The notes under the pieces are model-generated. The model ran no database searches and had not been told where the DNA came from. It worked only from the letters and a program-made list of their open reading frames with translations. From positions 5,823,812 to 5,887,811 of the forward strand of contig NC_092675.1 in assembly GCF_964355755.1 (NCBI RefSeq): a stretch of DNA of 64,000 bases, in the 5' to 3' direction. Within the stretch, counting starts at the first letter, position 1. Every line of letters begins with the position of its first letter. Of this stretch, positions 63,894 to 64,000 are shown in pieces. The stretch comes from Antedon mediterranea. Lineage: Eukaryota > Animalia > Echinodermata. The translations under genes were made by a program, and so were the position numbers.

Positions 63894-64000
63894 AAAATAT
63901 AAGATTAGACATCCCCTCGGGAATGATATTAAGTTCTCGGGAATTATATATTTCCTCGAACATAATATCATTCCCTCGGGGATGTCAAATCTTATATTTA
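63894..64000. repeat. ~105-bp near-perfect palindrome (foldback/MITE centre), may extend past window end
   Basis: AAATATAAGATT-GACATCCCC-GGGAATGATATTA pairs with TAATATCATTCCC-GGGGATGTC-AATCTTATATTT. Confidence 0.8.

Overview
AT-rich eukaryotic genomic DNA from an invertebrate animal. An echinoderm-like marine invertebrate is my inference from composition and repeat content and is not verified. The window has three zones. (1) 1-6102: one end of a large putative autonomous Helentron/Helitron2-type rolling-circle transposon. It carries a >683-codon minus-strand ORF, absent from the ORF track because it runs off the window edge, encoding a PHD finger and a herpesvirus-tegument-type (peptidase C76) deubiquitinase-like domain. 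(2) 6103-16686: eight same-orientation 1.15-1.6 kb non-autonomous relatives sharing that terminus, apparently built by nested insertion into each other's T-tract. (3) ~16.7-61.5 kb: a cluster of twelve genes/pseudogenes from two families of single-coding-exon Ig-superfamily type I membrane proteins. Family A (six copies) is always on +, family B (six copies) always on -. The cluster shows a ~10.7 kb-offset segmental duplication, mosaic copies, swapped TM/cytoplasmic tails in A, a near-invariant polar TM in B and an ITIM-like tail in one A copy. DINE/HINE-like mini-elements, MITEs and LINE fragments are interspersed. All calls were made by eye; no searches were run.
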